Shown piece by piece: positions 20,039 through 30,090 of a stretch of DNA of 64,000 nucleotides. A program made the translations under genes and the position numbers. Source of the DNA: Bdellovibrionales bacterium (GTDB lineage Bacteria; Bdellovibrionota; Bdellovibrionia; Bdellovibrionales; JAUICD01); assembly GCA_965262715.1 (NCBI GenBank), contig OZ253553.1:1824001-1888000 (forward strand), given 5' to 3'. How positions within the stretch are numbered: position 1 is the stretch's first letter; each line of letters begins with the position of its first letter. The notes under the pieces were generated by a model, which made no database searches, was not told where the DNA came from, and saw only the letters and a program-made list of their open reading frames with translations.

Positions 20039-20201
20039 AGTGTTAAAGAAAGAGGAGTTCCTCTTTAGTAAAATGCATCAAGCTTTCTAGGCAGTAAGCT
20101 ATTTGCCGACGGCCGTAAGAGCTGTCGGGCTTACTGCCAGAAAGTGACCAGAGGTCAGAGGCATTTTAGTGAAACAGAGACCAGTTTATTTTTAGTGAGA
20201 C
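20027..20201. repeat. structured dispersed repeat, copy B
   Basis: ctttctaggcagtaagc-tatttg-ccgacggc...gctgtcgg-gcttactgccagaaag-tgaccagaggtca; reverse complement aligns with 63319..63463. Confidence 0.82.
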
Positions 20202-20213
20202 AAAATGTTGATA

Positions 20214-20540
20214 TTAGTGCATCAATCTGCTCTTTTGTTTGTGTTTATCTCTATCATGTTGAAATTTAGCTTTATAAGGATGAGTTTTAGATAAGATCAT
20301 TTCCCACCGGTCATCTTCATTCATTGTAAAATAACCTTCCTCTGGTAACTTTTCATCCTTCATCAATAAAAGTGATTGGTCCAAACTTTTAGGAGCGTTG
20401 TTAAGCTGTAGAGAAGTTAAATTTTGTAAGACTGAATTCTTTTCATTTTGCTTAAATTCTTTAGAAAAATAGGCGCAATCAACACATTGAGCACTTACAA
20501 AAATTGGAATTAGTAAAATATAAGCTACAATATAACCCAT
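20214..20540 (-). CDS. secreted hypothetical protein, probably a truncated N-terminal fragment
   Basis: Signal peptide ending VSA-QCVDC; ends 13 bp before repeat copy B. Confidence 0.45.
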   Translation of the reverse strand: MGYIVAYILLIPIFVSAQCVDCAYFSKEFKQNEKNSVLQNLTSLQLNNAPKSLDQSLLLMKDEKLPEEGYFTMNEDDRWEMILSKTHPYKAKFQHDRDKHKQKSRLMH

Positions 20541-20728
20541 AACAAAAACCTGATAAACTAAGATTGAACAAGTATTACCATAAAAACATCAAGGGACAAA
20601 AGCGGTAAAGCCTCATTTGTTATTTAAGGGTATAACATAAAGACTTAACCTTTTCAATATAATACATAAATAAAGAAAGTAAAGCAATCTAGTAAATCCA
20701 CTTAGCTCATAGACCATATAGATGGGTA

Positions 20729-22978
20729 TTATCTGAAAAAATTAGCCATGGGACATCCTAGTGTTTTTATTTCTGCTTTATTAATAATCATTATACGAGT
20801 GGCTATCATAAAGTTTAAGACATTTTGTTGGAGGATTGAATCAAAAAAATTGTTACCTATATCTAAATCATTTCCTTGTAGGATACTATGTAGTTTTGGA
20901 TTGCAAATAATAGGGTCAAGATATTCTATGACCAAATCTTTAACCTCTTGTGGATTTTCTGGCTTTCGTCCTTCTATTAAAACAGTTTGTAGTTGATCGT
21001 AATGAGTATTTGCAGAGAAGTAATAAGATATAAGACTAAAGGTCAAATTACTCACATATTCACCTACACGAGCATTCCAGATCAAATAAGGAAAAGATTG
21101 ATCATCTTTTCTACTAGTTAGTAAATCAAAGGTTTGTCCCAATCTTAAAGCAAAGTCTTCAAGTGGAAGATTTGTCCCATCTGTTCGGGAACATTCTGGA
21201 GATTTGTCCCTTTGATCGTTGTTGTGATAGTCGTCAATCAAATCGCTGCTTGCGCAAAATAGATCTGTTCTTTTAGGTAACATACCTAAATAGCCGTAAG
21301 CAAGTGCCATTCTGTCATAAGATCCAGACACAGGTTTATGAATATTATGGGATTTCAGATAATCCATGTAAGAGTTACCGACATAACCATTTTGCGCAAA
21401 GATGCTACTTTTATGATTATGTATTAGACCTAATGAGTGCCCTAATTCATGAGTAACTATTGCCTTTAAAAGTTTCGGTATGTAGCTGTCAAAAGTTTCA
21501 TCTTCAGGCGCTAGCATTAAAGTTTGGTGATGAATTGGAAATCCAGTGAAAGACACTTGAGAGATCAAATTATAAGTACCACTGTGAAATGCTGTTAATG
21601 GAGGCCGTCTTATAACTTCATTAGCTCTGATTATATCGCTATATTGAAACCATCTTGAATACTCTTCGATGAGCCTAGGGCCTTGTATCAGGATACTTGT
21701 TGACCAAATCTGCCCTGTATTTTGGTCAAATAATAAATTGCGAGATTGTCCATTGTAGCTGTGTCTATATGTCATATCCCATTCTAATACATTGTATCTT
21801 ATATCTCCTGTAATGATTTCTGTTTGGCCATCATAATTGCCTTGAATGAATTGGTAGGTAAAAGCAGGATAACCTTTTAAAGAGATAAAAATAGTATTCC
21901 AATGATTAAAGCTTTCTCGAAAAGGTGCTTGATAGTTATCGGGGACATTTTTAACGTAGAAATGTGCAGGGTTATCTTTTGAAATATCTCTTAAAGAGAT
22001 AATATGAGTATCCTCTAAGGGAGAGTATGCTGTATGATATCCAACTCCTTCAGTAGGGGTTCTGGTCACAAAGTTGTCTCTGCTTTTACCCCATTCAAAT
22101 CTTAGAGACCAACGTGAAGTCATTTCAGGAAGAGGAGATGGGCCTGGGAAATCTAATGTTGAGATAGCATCAAACACTAAAGTGGGTTGAGAAAATCCAA
22201 CTATAGATGATCGTATGTCTTTCACTTTGAAGGGAATATCTTCGGGAACACCGTATTGTGACTCAAGTTCCATTATTCGCTCTTTTAATTGATTCCCGAT
22301 GGATGCAGGGTCAATAATTATGACTTGATGGTTCTGAGAAATACCAAGTACAGGAAGCTCTGTATAATATATGGGTTGTCCTTCATCGTTGACAACGCAA
22401 TCGTCTTGATAGTGACAGATGGCAAAGCCTAGAGAGCAACTTCCATCACTTGAGCTTATGAGCCTTGCCTGTACATTGGTTTCTACATTGGCTAGGTGGT
22501 ACCCTCTAAATATATTTTGGTAGACAGGTGTCTGATAAAAAGTGTTTCCTCGGTCTGAAAAGTGAGTAGCAACTCCAGTCATATTCATAAGTTTATTTAA
22601 AGCTGTCAGAGGAATACCCAGTAATAAAGCTTCTCTATTGTTAATAGATATTGTTATATCTTTTGAGGTTTGTTCCGGTTCTTGTTTCATATTTTGTAAA
22701 TCAATATTTTGAGCTTTCAAGCAACTCAATACATCATTACTAGATAAGATTTCCCTTTTTAATAAGACAAGTGGAGTTTGTTGATCTCCTAAAAAAGACT
22801 CTATATAGGAATCTGGTTCTCCGTTATTTTGAGCCTCATTTTGTGCTTGTCCTTGTGTATTTGTATTTTGTGTGAATGTACAATTTGTCATACTGATGAC
22901 ACAGATAAATATAAAAACAATTTTTAAAATAGGAAAACAAACATTATCGTAACTAAGTTTAAACAGAGGTGGATTCAA
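20729..22978 (-). CDS. zinc-dependent metalloprotease (metzincin, EcxA/DUF4953-like); 5' end abuts IS30
   Basis: HELGHSLGLIHN zinc motif, SYMDY Met-turn, GDIRYNVL and YDRMALAYGY. The annotated TTG start lies inside the IS30 left IR, so the real start is uncertain. Confidence 0.85.
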   Translation of the reverse strand: MNPPLFKLSYDNVCFPILKIVFIFICVISMTNCTFTQNTNTQGQAQNEAQNNGEPDSYIESFLGDQQTPLVLLKREILSSNDVLSCLKAQNIDLQNMKQEPEQTSKDITISINNREALLLGIPLTALNKLMNMTGVATHFSDRGNTFYQTPVYQNIFRGYHLANVETNVQARLISSSDGSCSLGFAICHYQDDCVVNDEGQPIYYTELPVLGISQNHQVIIIDPASIGNQLKERIMELESQYGVPEDIPFKVKDIRSSIVGFSQPTLVFDAISTLDFPGPSPLPEMTSRWSLRFEWGKSRDNFVTRTPTEGVGYHTAYSPLEDTHIISLRDISKDNPAHFYVKNVPDNYQAPFRESFNHWNTIFISLKGYPAFTYQFIQGNYDGQTEIITGDIRYNVLEWDMTYRHSYNGQSRNLLFDQNTGQIWSTSILIQGPRLIEEYSRWFQYSDIIRANEVIRRPPLTAFHSGTYNLISQVSFTGFPIHHQTLMLAPEDETFDSYIPKLLKAIVTHELGHSLGLIHNHKSSIFAQNGYVGNSYMDYLKSHNIHKPVSGSYDRMALAYGYLGMLPKRTDLFCASSDLIDDYHNNDQRDKSPECSRTDGTNLPLEDFALRLGQTFDLLTSRKDDQSFPYLIWNARVGEYVSNLTFSLISYYFSANTHYDQLQTVLIEGRKPENPQEVKDLVIEYLDPIICNPKLHSILQGNDLDIGNNFFDSILQQNVLNFMIATRIMIINKAEIKTLGCPMANFFR

Positions 22979-23066
22979 GTCGTAAGTGCAACTCCTTGCA
23001 TAGTTGTTTAAAGGGGGTTAGAGGAATACTCTAATCAATAACTTTACATAACGAAAGGAGTATTCC

Positions 23067-24020
23067 ATGAGTAAGTACACTCATCTAACCCAAAGTGATA
23101 GATACCAGATTTTAGCTCTTTTGCAAAGTGGAAAATCAATAAGTTCAATTGCTACGCAACTAGGTCGAGATAAAAGCACCATATATAGGGAATTGAATCG
23201 TAACAAAGGTTTGCGAGGTCATCGTCCTCAACAAGCCCATGAAAAAGCAGTCGATCGTCTTCAAAACTCTCATAGACATATAAAGATAACACAAAAAGTC
23301 ATTAATAAGCTTGAGAGGTTTCTTTGTGAATGTTGGAGTCCGGAACAGATATCCGGTTTTCTTAAACCAAAAGGTTTGTCTATAAGTCATGAGAGTATTT
23401 ATCAGCATATTCTTCGAGATAAGCAATCAGGAGGAGATCTCTACAAATTTTTAAGATGTCAGAGGCAACGCAAGAAGCGATATGGTACAAGTAGATTTGA
23501 TAAAAGGGGTCAGATAAAGAATAGAGTGAGCATTGATAAAAGGCCTAAGATAGTAGATAAGAAGAGTCGGATAGGAGACTGGGAAGGTGATCTAATGATA
23601 GGTAGACATCATAAAGGAGCTTTAGTCACGCTGGTAGATAGATGTTCTAAGAAGACGAGGATTGTCAAAATAGAATCTAAGAGATCTGAGGCAGTTTTTC
23701 ATGCTATTTCTAAAGCTCTTAAAGGAGAGGTTGTTCATACAATGACTTTGGATAATGGTAAAGAATTTTCGTGTCATGAGAAGATCAGTGAATATACTGG
23801 ATGTAAAGTTTATTTTGCACATCCTTACAGTTCATATCAGAGAGGTTTAAATGAGAACACGAATGGTTTAATCCGTCAGTATTTTCCAAAGAAGACAGAT
23901 TTTAGAGAAATCGCCTCTAAGGATGTAAAAAAGGTTGAGTTTTTTTTAAACCATCGCCCTCGAAAGAGTTTAGGTTTTCTAACTCCTAATGAGTTTCATA
24001 GACAAAAGATGGTTTGCTGA
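23067..24020 (+). CDS. IS30-family DDE transposase
   Basis: YTHLT..DR, STIYRELNRN, WSPEQIS, SHESIY, GDWEGD, DNGKEF and RGLNENTNGLIRQYFPK motifs. Confidence 0.97.
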   Translation: MSKYTHLTQSDRYQILALLQSGKSISSIATQLGRDKSTIYRELNRNKGLRGHRPQQAHEKAVDRLQNSHRHIKITQKVINKLERFLCECWSPEQISGFLKPKGLSISHESIYQHILRDKQSGGDLYKFLRCQRQRKKRYGTSRFDKRGQIKNRVSIDKRPKIVDKKSRIGDWEGDLMIGRHHKGALVTLVDRCSKKTRIVKIESKRSEAVFHAISKALKGEVVHTMTLDNGKEFSCHEKISEYTGCKVYFAHPYSSYQRGLNENTNGLIRQYFPKKTDFREIASKDVKKVEFFLNHRPRKSLGFLTPNEFHRQKMVC

Positions 24021-24089
24021 AGTTATTCATAGTTTATCCATTTAATTTTACTTATATATAATAACTTCTGAAAATGTTTATTTGACAGC

Positions 24090-24165
24090 TTGATGTTTAT
24101 GGCAAAGGATCGTTCTTCCGCAGAGCTTTAGCTCGAGGACTACGAGACCTTGCCATAAACATCAA
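24090..24165. other. long imperfect hairpin in the 3' non-coding part of IS30
   Basis: ttgatgtttatggcaa ... gagc-ttta-gctc ... ttgccataaacatcaa (16-bp perfect outer stem). Confidence 0.75.
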
Positions 24166-24541
24166 AATACATTCATTCAAATTAAATAATTTACTATAAT
24201 CTTTCATGATAATTAAAACTTTGTTGAAATATTAATCTTAAAATGATACAACTTTTAAAAATATCTATAAACACAGAAGAGTTGCACTTGCGATTTGAAG
24301 TTACGAGATAATATTGAATAGAATTCTTTTTTATCAAGCTGGTTTCTTTTTGAGAGTTCATCATAAACATCCTCTTTGCCAGATTATTGTTACAACTTTT
24401 GATTGTTAAGTTATAAGCTAATGAGAAATATGGGTAATAATAAAATCTTATAACAGTCATTTAGTTTTTGGATATACTATTGATATAAAGGTGATTTGTG
24501 ATTTTTTAAGAAAATGATCTCTCATTTTTATAAGAGAGGAT

Positions 24542-25606
24542 TTAGCGTGAGCCTTCTAAGCCTTTTTTGATTTGGAGGAATTGGCCTCCAATTAAGAGCA
24601 AGATGAGAAGAATGACAGCAATGATAACTAAATACTTGATGATATCCCCAAAATCCCAACTCAAACCTTCATCTTGGATAGAAGCAAATGCTTTCTTTTC
24701 TACTAAGGGAATAACTTTTTTCCTGAAAGAACTTGTAGCTCCTCGGTCAGTAGTGGAGTCTTTTGTTTGTGATGCTAGGTTGCCTTTTGCTTTTTTTGAA
24801 AGCTGTACTACGCGTGAACCTTGTATATTGCTACTGATATTTCTAGAGGAGTCTCCGGCGGAAGATGATCCACTAGCAAGAGGTGATCCGCTATCATCTT
24901 CTTCTGATTTGCTTAGCAGTATGATTCTACCTTTTCCTCTTGAATTGTTCCTCTGATTGGATAATTGTTGATTGCCAAAGGCCTTACTAGAACCTCCTCC
25001 CGTAGGTATTAGATTTTGTTGGCCTCCTCCACTTCTTATTCCTGAATTTCCTCCAGCTCCTGCGCCGCTTCTACCTTCTGCGAGGCCTTGACCTGAAGAG
25101 GCGTCCGATCCTGGGGGGGGTATATTTGCAGGTGGAGGAACTTTTGGAGGTGGGGGGATATCTGAGAGAGGAGGTATAATTGGATCTGGAGGTAGAACTG
25201 GAGGTGGAGGTATTACTGACCTTGGAGGTGTAACTGCATCTGGTACATCAATATCAGCGGTAAATACAAACGGGGGGGGAGGACATGCTCCTGCAACTCG
25301 AGTTTCAGAGCCTAATTGAGGTAGTTGCCCTTTTCTTAAAAGACATCCTAAATAATCGCGTTCTCCACTTCCGAAAACATCTTCTAAATAATTATAATTT
25401 GCCTCACTAAAAGCCTTCATAAAGGCACCCATCACAGCTAGTATTAAAACTGTTAACAGGATATATTCAACTAAGACTTGTCCATTGGCGTTATTATATT
25501 TCTTAAAAAAACGCCTTAAGACTTTTTTTCCAAAGGTTATTATAGATGGCTTATAAATAATCTTATTTGTTCTCCTAAGTTCATAGTAAAATTTGAACCA
25601 GGTCAA
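24542..25606 (-). CDS. Flp/TadE-like pilin-motif protein with Pro-rich and Gly/Ser-rich linker and C-terminal TM
   Basis: NG|QVLVEYILLTVLILAVM resembles the Flp/TadE GQxxxEY motif; PPPP repeats; C-terminal hydrophobic helix. Start probably downstream of 25606. Confidence 0.65.
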   Translation of the reverse strand: MTWFKFYYELRRTNKIIYKPSIITFGKKVLRRFFKKYNNANGQVLVEYILLTVLILAVMGAFMKAFSEANYNYLEDVFGSGERDYLGCLLRKGQLPQLGSETRVAGACPPPPFVFTADIDVPDAVTPPRSVIPPPPVLPPDPIIPPLSDIPPPPKVPPPANIPPPGSDASSGQGLAEGRSGAGAGGNSGIRSGGGQQNLIPTGGGSSKAFGNQQLSNQRNNSRGKGRIILLSKSEEDDSGSPLASGSSSAGDSSRNISSNIQGSRVVQLSKKAKGNLASQTKDSTTDRGATSSFRKKVIPLVEKKAFASIQDEGLSWDFGDIIKYLVIIAVILLILLLIGGQFLQIKKGLEGSR

Positions 25607-25829
25607 ATGCTAGAGTTTATAAAGGTTTTAGAAATAGTTTATAGTCTCTTTATCGAAAGAAATGGCTGGTTTCTTGACTCTATCTGTAAAATAGTAATGG
25701 AATGAATGTTTAACAGGAAAAAACTGAATCAATATGATTCAGGTGGTAAACAAAAAAAGAGTGTAGGATATTTAAATCAAACACTCTTTGCTATAAGGTA
25801 ATACGTCTTTTCGTAATGGCTAAAATACT

Positions 25830-26933
25830 TTATAATCCATAATATCTACCTGTACGACCAGAACATCTTAGATCGTCTTCAACCAATTGGCGTCGACGAG
25901 CTTCTGTAGAAATTGGAATACTATGTAAATCTGAGGAGGTAATATTTTCTGCCCTGCGAAGTGTCTGATATACCTCCATCAATGCAGGTAGTTTTTCAAT
26001 TTCAGGTAAGGTGGATAACCATTGATTATATTCTGCTATGACTGTTTGAGTTGCAACTGTATACTTTAACCTCTCAAATGCATAGTATGCTCCTTTAACA
26101 CGAGGATAGTTTTTCCAATCATCGGCCCATTGTTTCCATTCATTTTCATTTTTAAAATTAACAAAGTGATCATCCTCTCTAACAGGAGAGTCTTGACTTG
26201 CCACATACTCATAGTAATTATAACGGGAGCGACACATTCTTTAAAAAATATTATGGTGTCGATTTTGATATGTGAGCCATGGGTTTTTATTTTGTTGATA
26301 AATAAAAGCATAAAGCTCTATTTTGTCATTAGAAAAACCCTCTACTCCCATCATTCTTTTGATCATATCAAGAGGAGTTTCTCCATTTTCATTGGCGGCG
26401 TTAACGGGAGCATATTTATTTATCAAGACATTGATAAAATCTAAATTTGGTCTTTCTAAGTCTCTTCTTATAAGACGATGAAGAAGGTCGGAAGAATCTA
26501 TTTCAATGGCAGATGAACCTTCTATTGCCTCGTGTATGGCAAGATGAAGAGGAGTGTTACCTTCAGCATCGCAAGGTCGACCTAAGACTTCAGCATAAAG
26601 CTGTCTTCTTTGATGGGATCCTGAAATGCTATCCCAGATTCGTGAAAAGAGATTAGAATTATTTATAGCTTCACTCTCAGGAGTGGCCCATACCAAATCA
26701 TCTATAGCAGACTGAATGTCACGATAGTTTAAGTCGTAGAAATTGCTGTCAGGGTGACAGATATCTATTACTTCAAGCAACGTGTTAGTAGTTGTAGTAG
26801 GAGGACGAGCTTGAGCCTCTGCAATGTCAGCCTGAACTGAAGCAGATATTCCAAACAACATGGTTATAATAAAAGAATAAAAATAAGTTTTCATAAGCAA
26901 TTTCCTTTTAATCGAAGTAAAGCTAATTGACAA
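25830..26933 (-). pseudogene. secreted ankyrin-repeat protein interrupted by an in-frame TAA at 26241-26243
   Basis: GNTPLHLA and NENGETPLD ankyrin motifs; the frame reads HHNIF*RMCRSRY straight into ORF 25830..26237. Confidence 0.75.
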
Positions 26934-27228
26934 AGATTAAGATTGTTTTAACGCAATTTTTTATCACCACAAATCAATCACATAGGTAATCCCCAATGAC
27001 GTCGTGATAGTTTTCATAAGCTCAATCGGCATTTGTATTTTCTAAGTAGGTTAGAGAAACCAATAAGGTAAATAAAAAAGTTTTTATTATCATAGGCATT
27101 AAGACTCCTTTATTTATTTTAAAAAGATTGATTATTATTTGCAGTTATAGCGAATATAAAACATTTATGACTGTTTTGAAACTAAAATTTGACATTTTGT
27201 AAATTTTACATGCTTTATAAGTCGAAGT

Positions 27229-28544
27229 GGTCTTGTTGCACAAAGATTTAAATAGTTTTTATTTTATTTATTTTTTAAGTAAGATTGTCATTTAATATTT
27301 TTTTATCAAAGAGAAGAAGGCACAATCATCTGATTAAGGATTTTACATTTAATAAACACTTCATTTGCTTGACGATGAAATTCTCTAGAAGATAATTTAT
27401 CACCTAATAAAGTTTTAAATCTATACATAGCTGTTTCTGATATAGACCTCCTGTGATATTTATGCTTTTTTTTCCACTTCTTTCTACCCATCTTCTTGAT
27501 TTCTCTAATATAAGTATCTCTAAGAAGCGGCGATCCTCGACAATTTCCATGCCTCTTAATCACAGCATTCTTTCTAGGTGGAGCAACCAATTTTATACTT
27601 CTATCACTTGTAAACTGATAACAATTCTTACAGTCATAAGCCCCATCAACTGAAACTTGGCCTATCTCATCTTCATATCCTGTCAATAACTCTTCAAAAA
27701 CCTCATTATCCTTTACAGAATTATCACTTAAAACAGATGCCTTAATCTGGGAATTTGACTCATCTACCGCTAAATGTAGCTTCTTCCAGGTCCTTCTCTT
27801 AGAATACCCATGCTGACGGACTTTCCACTCTCCCTCCCCATAAACTTTAAGACCTGTGGAATCAATGACAATATGAGGATTCTTGTGAGAAGATAGCTTT
27901 CTTTCTAGTTTTACTGATAACTTCTGTAATCTTCTGCAAAGAGTTGTATAATTAGGTATTTCTATATCAAGACACATAAGTTCAACTAGGGATTTAGCAA
28001 AACCTTCTGTAGATCGCAATTTTAAACCAAATATGAATCTTAATATATTAAGAGTTTCAATAGCTTTATCAGAGTAAACTTGTTGACCCCCTTGCTTTGA
28101 AGAACATTTTGCATACCAAGATTTGACGATATCTGCTGAAAACCAAAAAGTGATTTGACCTCTATTGACTAGAGACTTATTATAAAGACTCCAGTTTATT
28201 TTTTTATTTTTACCCATCTCTAGCTCCTTCTGATTTAGTGATTGTGAAAGTTGGGGATGGGTAAATTTTATAATCATTAAAAACAAAAAATCAAAGTAAT
28301 AGATATATCAAACTCATAAAAGATCTTATTGCATAAAAATTTAAGAATGAGATTTGTGAAAGACTTCTGAAATAGGACTAGGCTAGCGGCTTAGGGTAAA
28401 TATCTCTTAAACTATTTTATTCTATAATAAAATCTTAAAATAATAGCAATACAAGGCGCGGGGGTTGCCTAGAGCCTATGGAAGATGCCTGACTTAATTC
28501 TCTAATCTTTTATATACTTCCTTAAATCTTTGTGCAACAAAGCC
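27229..28544 (-). mobile_element. IS5-family (IS903-group) insertion sequence
   Basis: IRs ggtcttgttgcacaaagatttaa (27229) and ttaaatctttgtgcaacaaagcc (ending 28544); no matching target-site duplication on the flanks. Confidence 0.92.
27306..28217 (-). CDS. IS5-family transposase
   Basis: NWSLYNKSLVNRG, IDSTGLKVYGEGEW, RRTWKKLHLAVD, DGAYD and YHRRSISETAMYRFK motifs; start taken as MGKNKK at 28217. Confidence 0.96.
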   Translation of the reverse strand: MGKNKKINWSLYNKSLVNRGQITFWFSADIVKSWYAKCSSKQGGQQVYSDKAIETLNILRFIFGLKLRSTEGFAKSLVELMCLDIEIPNYTTLCRRLQKLSVKLERKLSSHKNPHIVIDSTGLKVYGEGEWKVRQHGYSKRRTWKKLHLAVDESNSQIKASVLSDNSVKDNEVFEELLTGYEDEIGQVSVDGAYDCKNCYQFTSDRSIKLVAPPRKNAVIKRHGNCRGSPLLRDTYIREIKKMGRKKWKKKHKYHRRSISETAMYRFKTLLGDKLSSREFHRQANEVFIKCKILNQMIVPSSL

Positions 28545-28736
28545 ATTGACGAATACAAAGACAAAAAAGACTGGGAATGCCATAAGCATACGTAGACCTG
28601 CCGACATGATCGGTGCTACAGACTCAATGGAAATTTTAATGGCCAGCCATGTTGTTCCCCATATTAGGCAGAGGGCGATAAACAGGATCAGATGCAACCC
28701 TTTGGTCAACCAACTATTTGAAATAAGCACCCTCAA
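28545..28736 (-). pseudogene. EamA/DMT transporter 5' fragment truncated by IS5
   Basis: LCLIWGTTWLAIKISIESVAPIMSAGLR is a typical EamA N-terminus; it runs into the IS IR. Confidence 0.8.
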
Positions 28737-29403
28737 ACCCTTTTATTATTTGTGTTGTGTTTTCATATTGTAAAGATCTATTGAAAAAGAATGTCAATAG
28801 CCTATTTTTAAGTTAAGAGTAGCATACCATTATGATTTTTAGCAGAACAATCCCTGTGTTTAAAAAGGTTTAGTCTAAAGGAATAAAGCCTGCACCAACC
28901 ATTTTGGTTTGACTTACCATCCAATCATCGAATTTGCCTATAAAGGGTATGGATTCACCGACCTTTATACGGCAACAGTTTGAGGGATTTGAACAAATTG
29001 AGCATCTTCCCATCCTGTTATAAGCCTCAAATCCACCTACTCCTGAAAGCGTGCTCAAACAAAAATATCTTAAAAATCACCTTTTAATTAGAGAAATTGC
29101 TAAGGAATTTTTGTGCTCAATAAACAAAATCAGACACCTACTTTTAAAATACAAAATCCCATTAAGAGCACTTGTAAAGTGTCACCACAGAAACAAAAGC
29201 CGCACTCGTGAGGAAGAAGATGAGTAGCGTAAAACAGATCACAAAAGAAAGTTAAAAGCCACTGACACAAAGCTATCTTTCTGAAATTTATTTATGGTTT
29301 TATAATTTATAACAATAAGATTCATTAGCAAAAAGAATTTGTAACCTGATGGTCTTGTGTTAGCTATAAATAAGAACGACGATTATTTTATCAGAGGAGT
29401 CTT

Positions 29404-30090
29404 ATGACATTAGGTGATTCTTCTTGTCCTCTTGGCGAGCATTATGTAAGAAGTCATTCCCGCAGCACAAAAAGAGGAATGACACAAGTATCTGCGCATT
29501 GTCGGAAAAACTCAAAAGAAAAAGAAAACTTATTAGATGCTTCTAATCTAAGACATATTTATTATTCGAGTGGACTAAAAAAATATCCTAAACTACCAGC
29601 AATTAAAGGTTTTAGAGGTTTTCATGAGTATGATCCAATGATTCAGTTTTGGACAGAATATTGGAAAAACAAAAATGTATTACATGAACAAGTAGATCCT
29701 CTACTTATTAAGGCTCTCATTGCTACTGAATCCAGCTTTCGCCATGGAGTAAGAACTAAGGACCCTAGAAGTACAGCAGCAGGACTTATGCAAATTACAG
29801 GAAGTACCTTAAGAACTCTTAAAGGAAACCCTGATCGAACTGGTTATATTGAAGTAAAAGATTATCCTATTGATCTGGAAGAAGATGAACATTTAGATCC
29901 ATTAGTTAATATTGCTGCAGGTATTCGTTGGTTAGGACATAAGATCGATAGACTTCCAAATAGATACAAATCAAAAGATATTTCACAAAATATATTTAAT
30001 GGGTTTAAATATTACCATTCATGGGATCAAAAAGGAGAGAATCATGCAAACAAAGTTTATAGATATTACAATGAAACACTTAGCCAGTAA
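29404..30090 (+). CDS. lytic transglycosylase SLT-domain protein
   Basis: IKALIATESSF (catalytic Glu), AAGLMQI and DPLVNIAAGIRWL motifs. Confidence 0.88.
   Translation: MTLGDSSCPLGEHYVRSHSRSTKRGMTQVSAHCRKNSKEKENLLDASNLRHIYYSSGLKKYPKLPAIKGFRGFHEYDPMIQFWTEYWKNKNVLHEQVDPLLIKALIATESSFRHGVRTKDPRSTAAGLMQITGSTLRTLKGNPDRTGYIEVKDYPIDLEEDEHLDPLVNIAAGIRWLGHKIDRLPNRYKSKDISQNIFNGFKYYHSWDQKGENHANKVYRYYNETLSQ

Larger units (their letters stand above)
22974..24299 (+). mobile_element. IS30-family insertion sequence
   Basis: IRs ttcaagtcgtaagtgcaactc (22974..22994) and gagttgcacttgcgatttgaa (24279..24299) flank an intact transposase. Outermost bases uncertain. Confidence 0.9.

Noticed and set aside
28870..29058. 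62-aa ORF as a real gene
   Set aside because: TTG start, no recognisable motif, and it lies in a region of decayed fragments.
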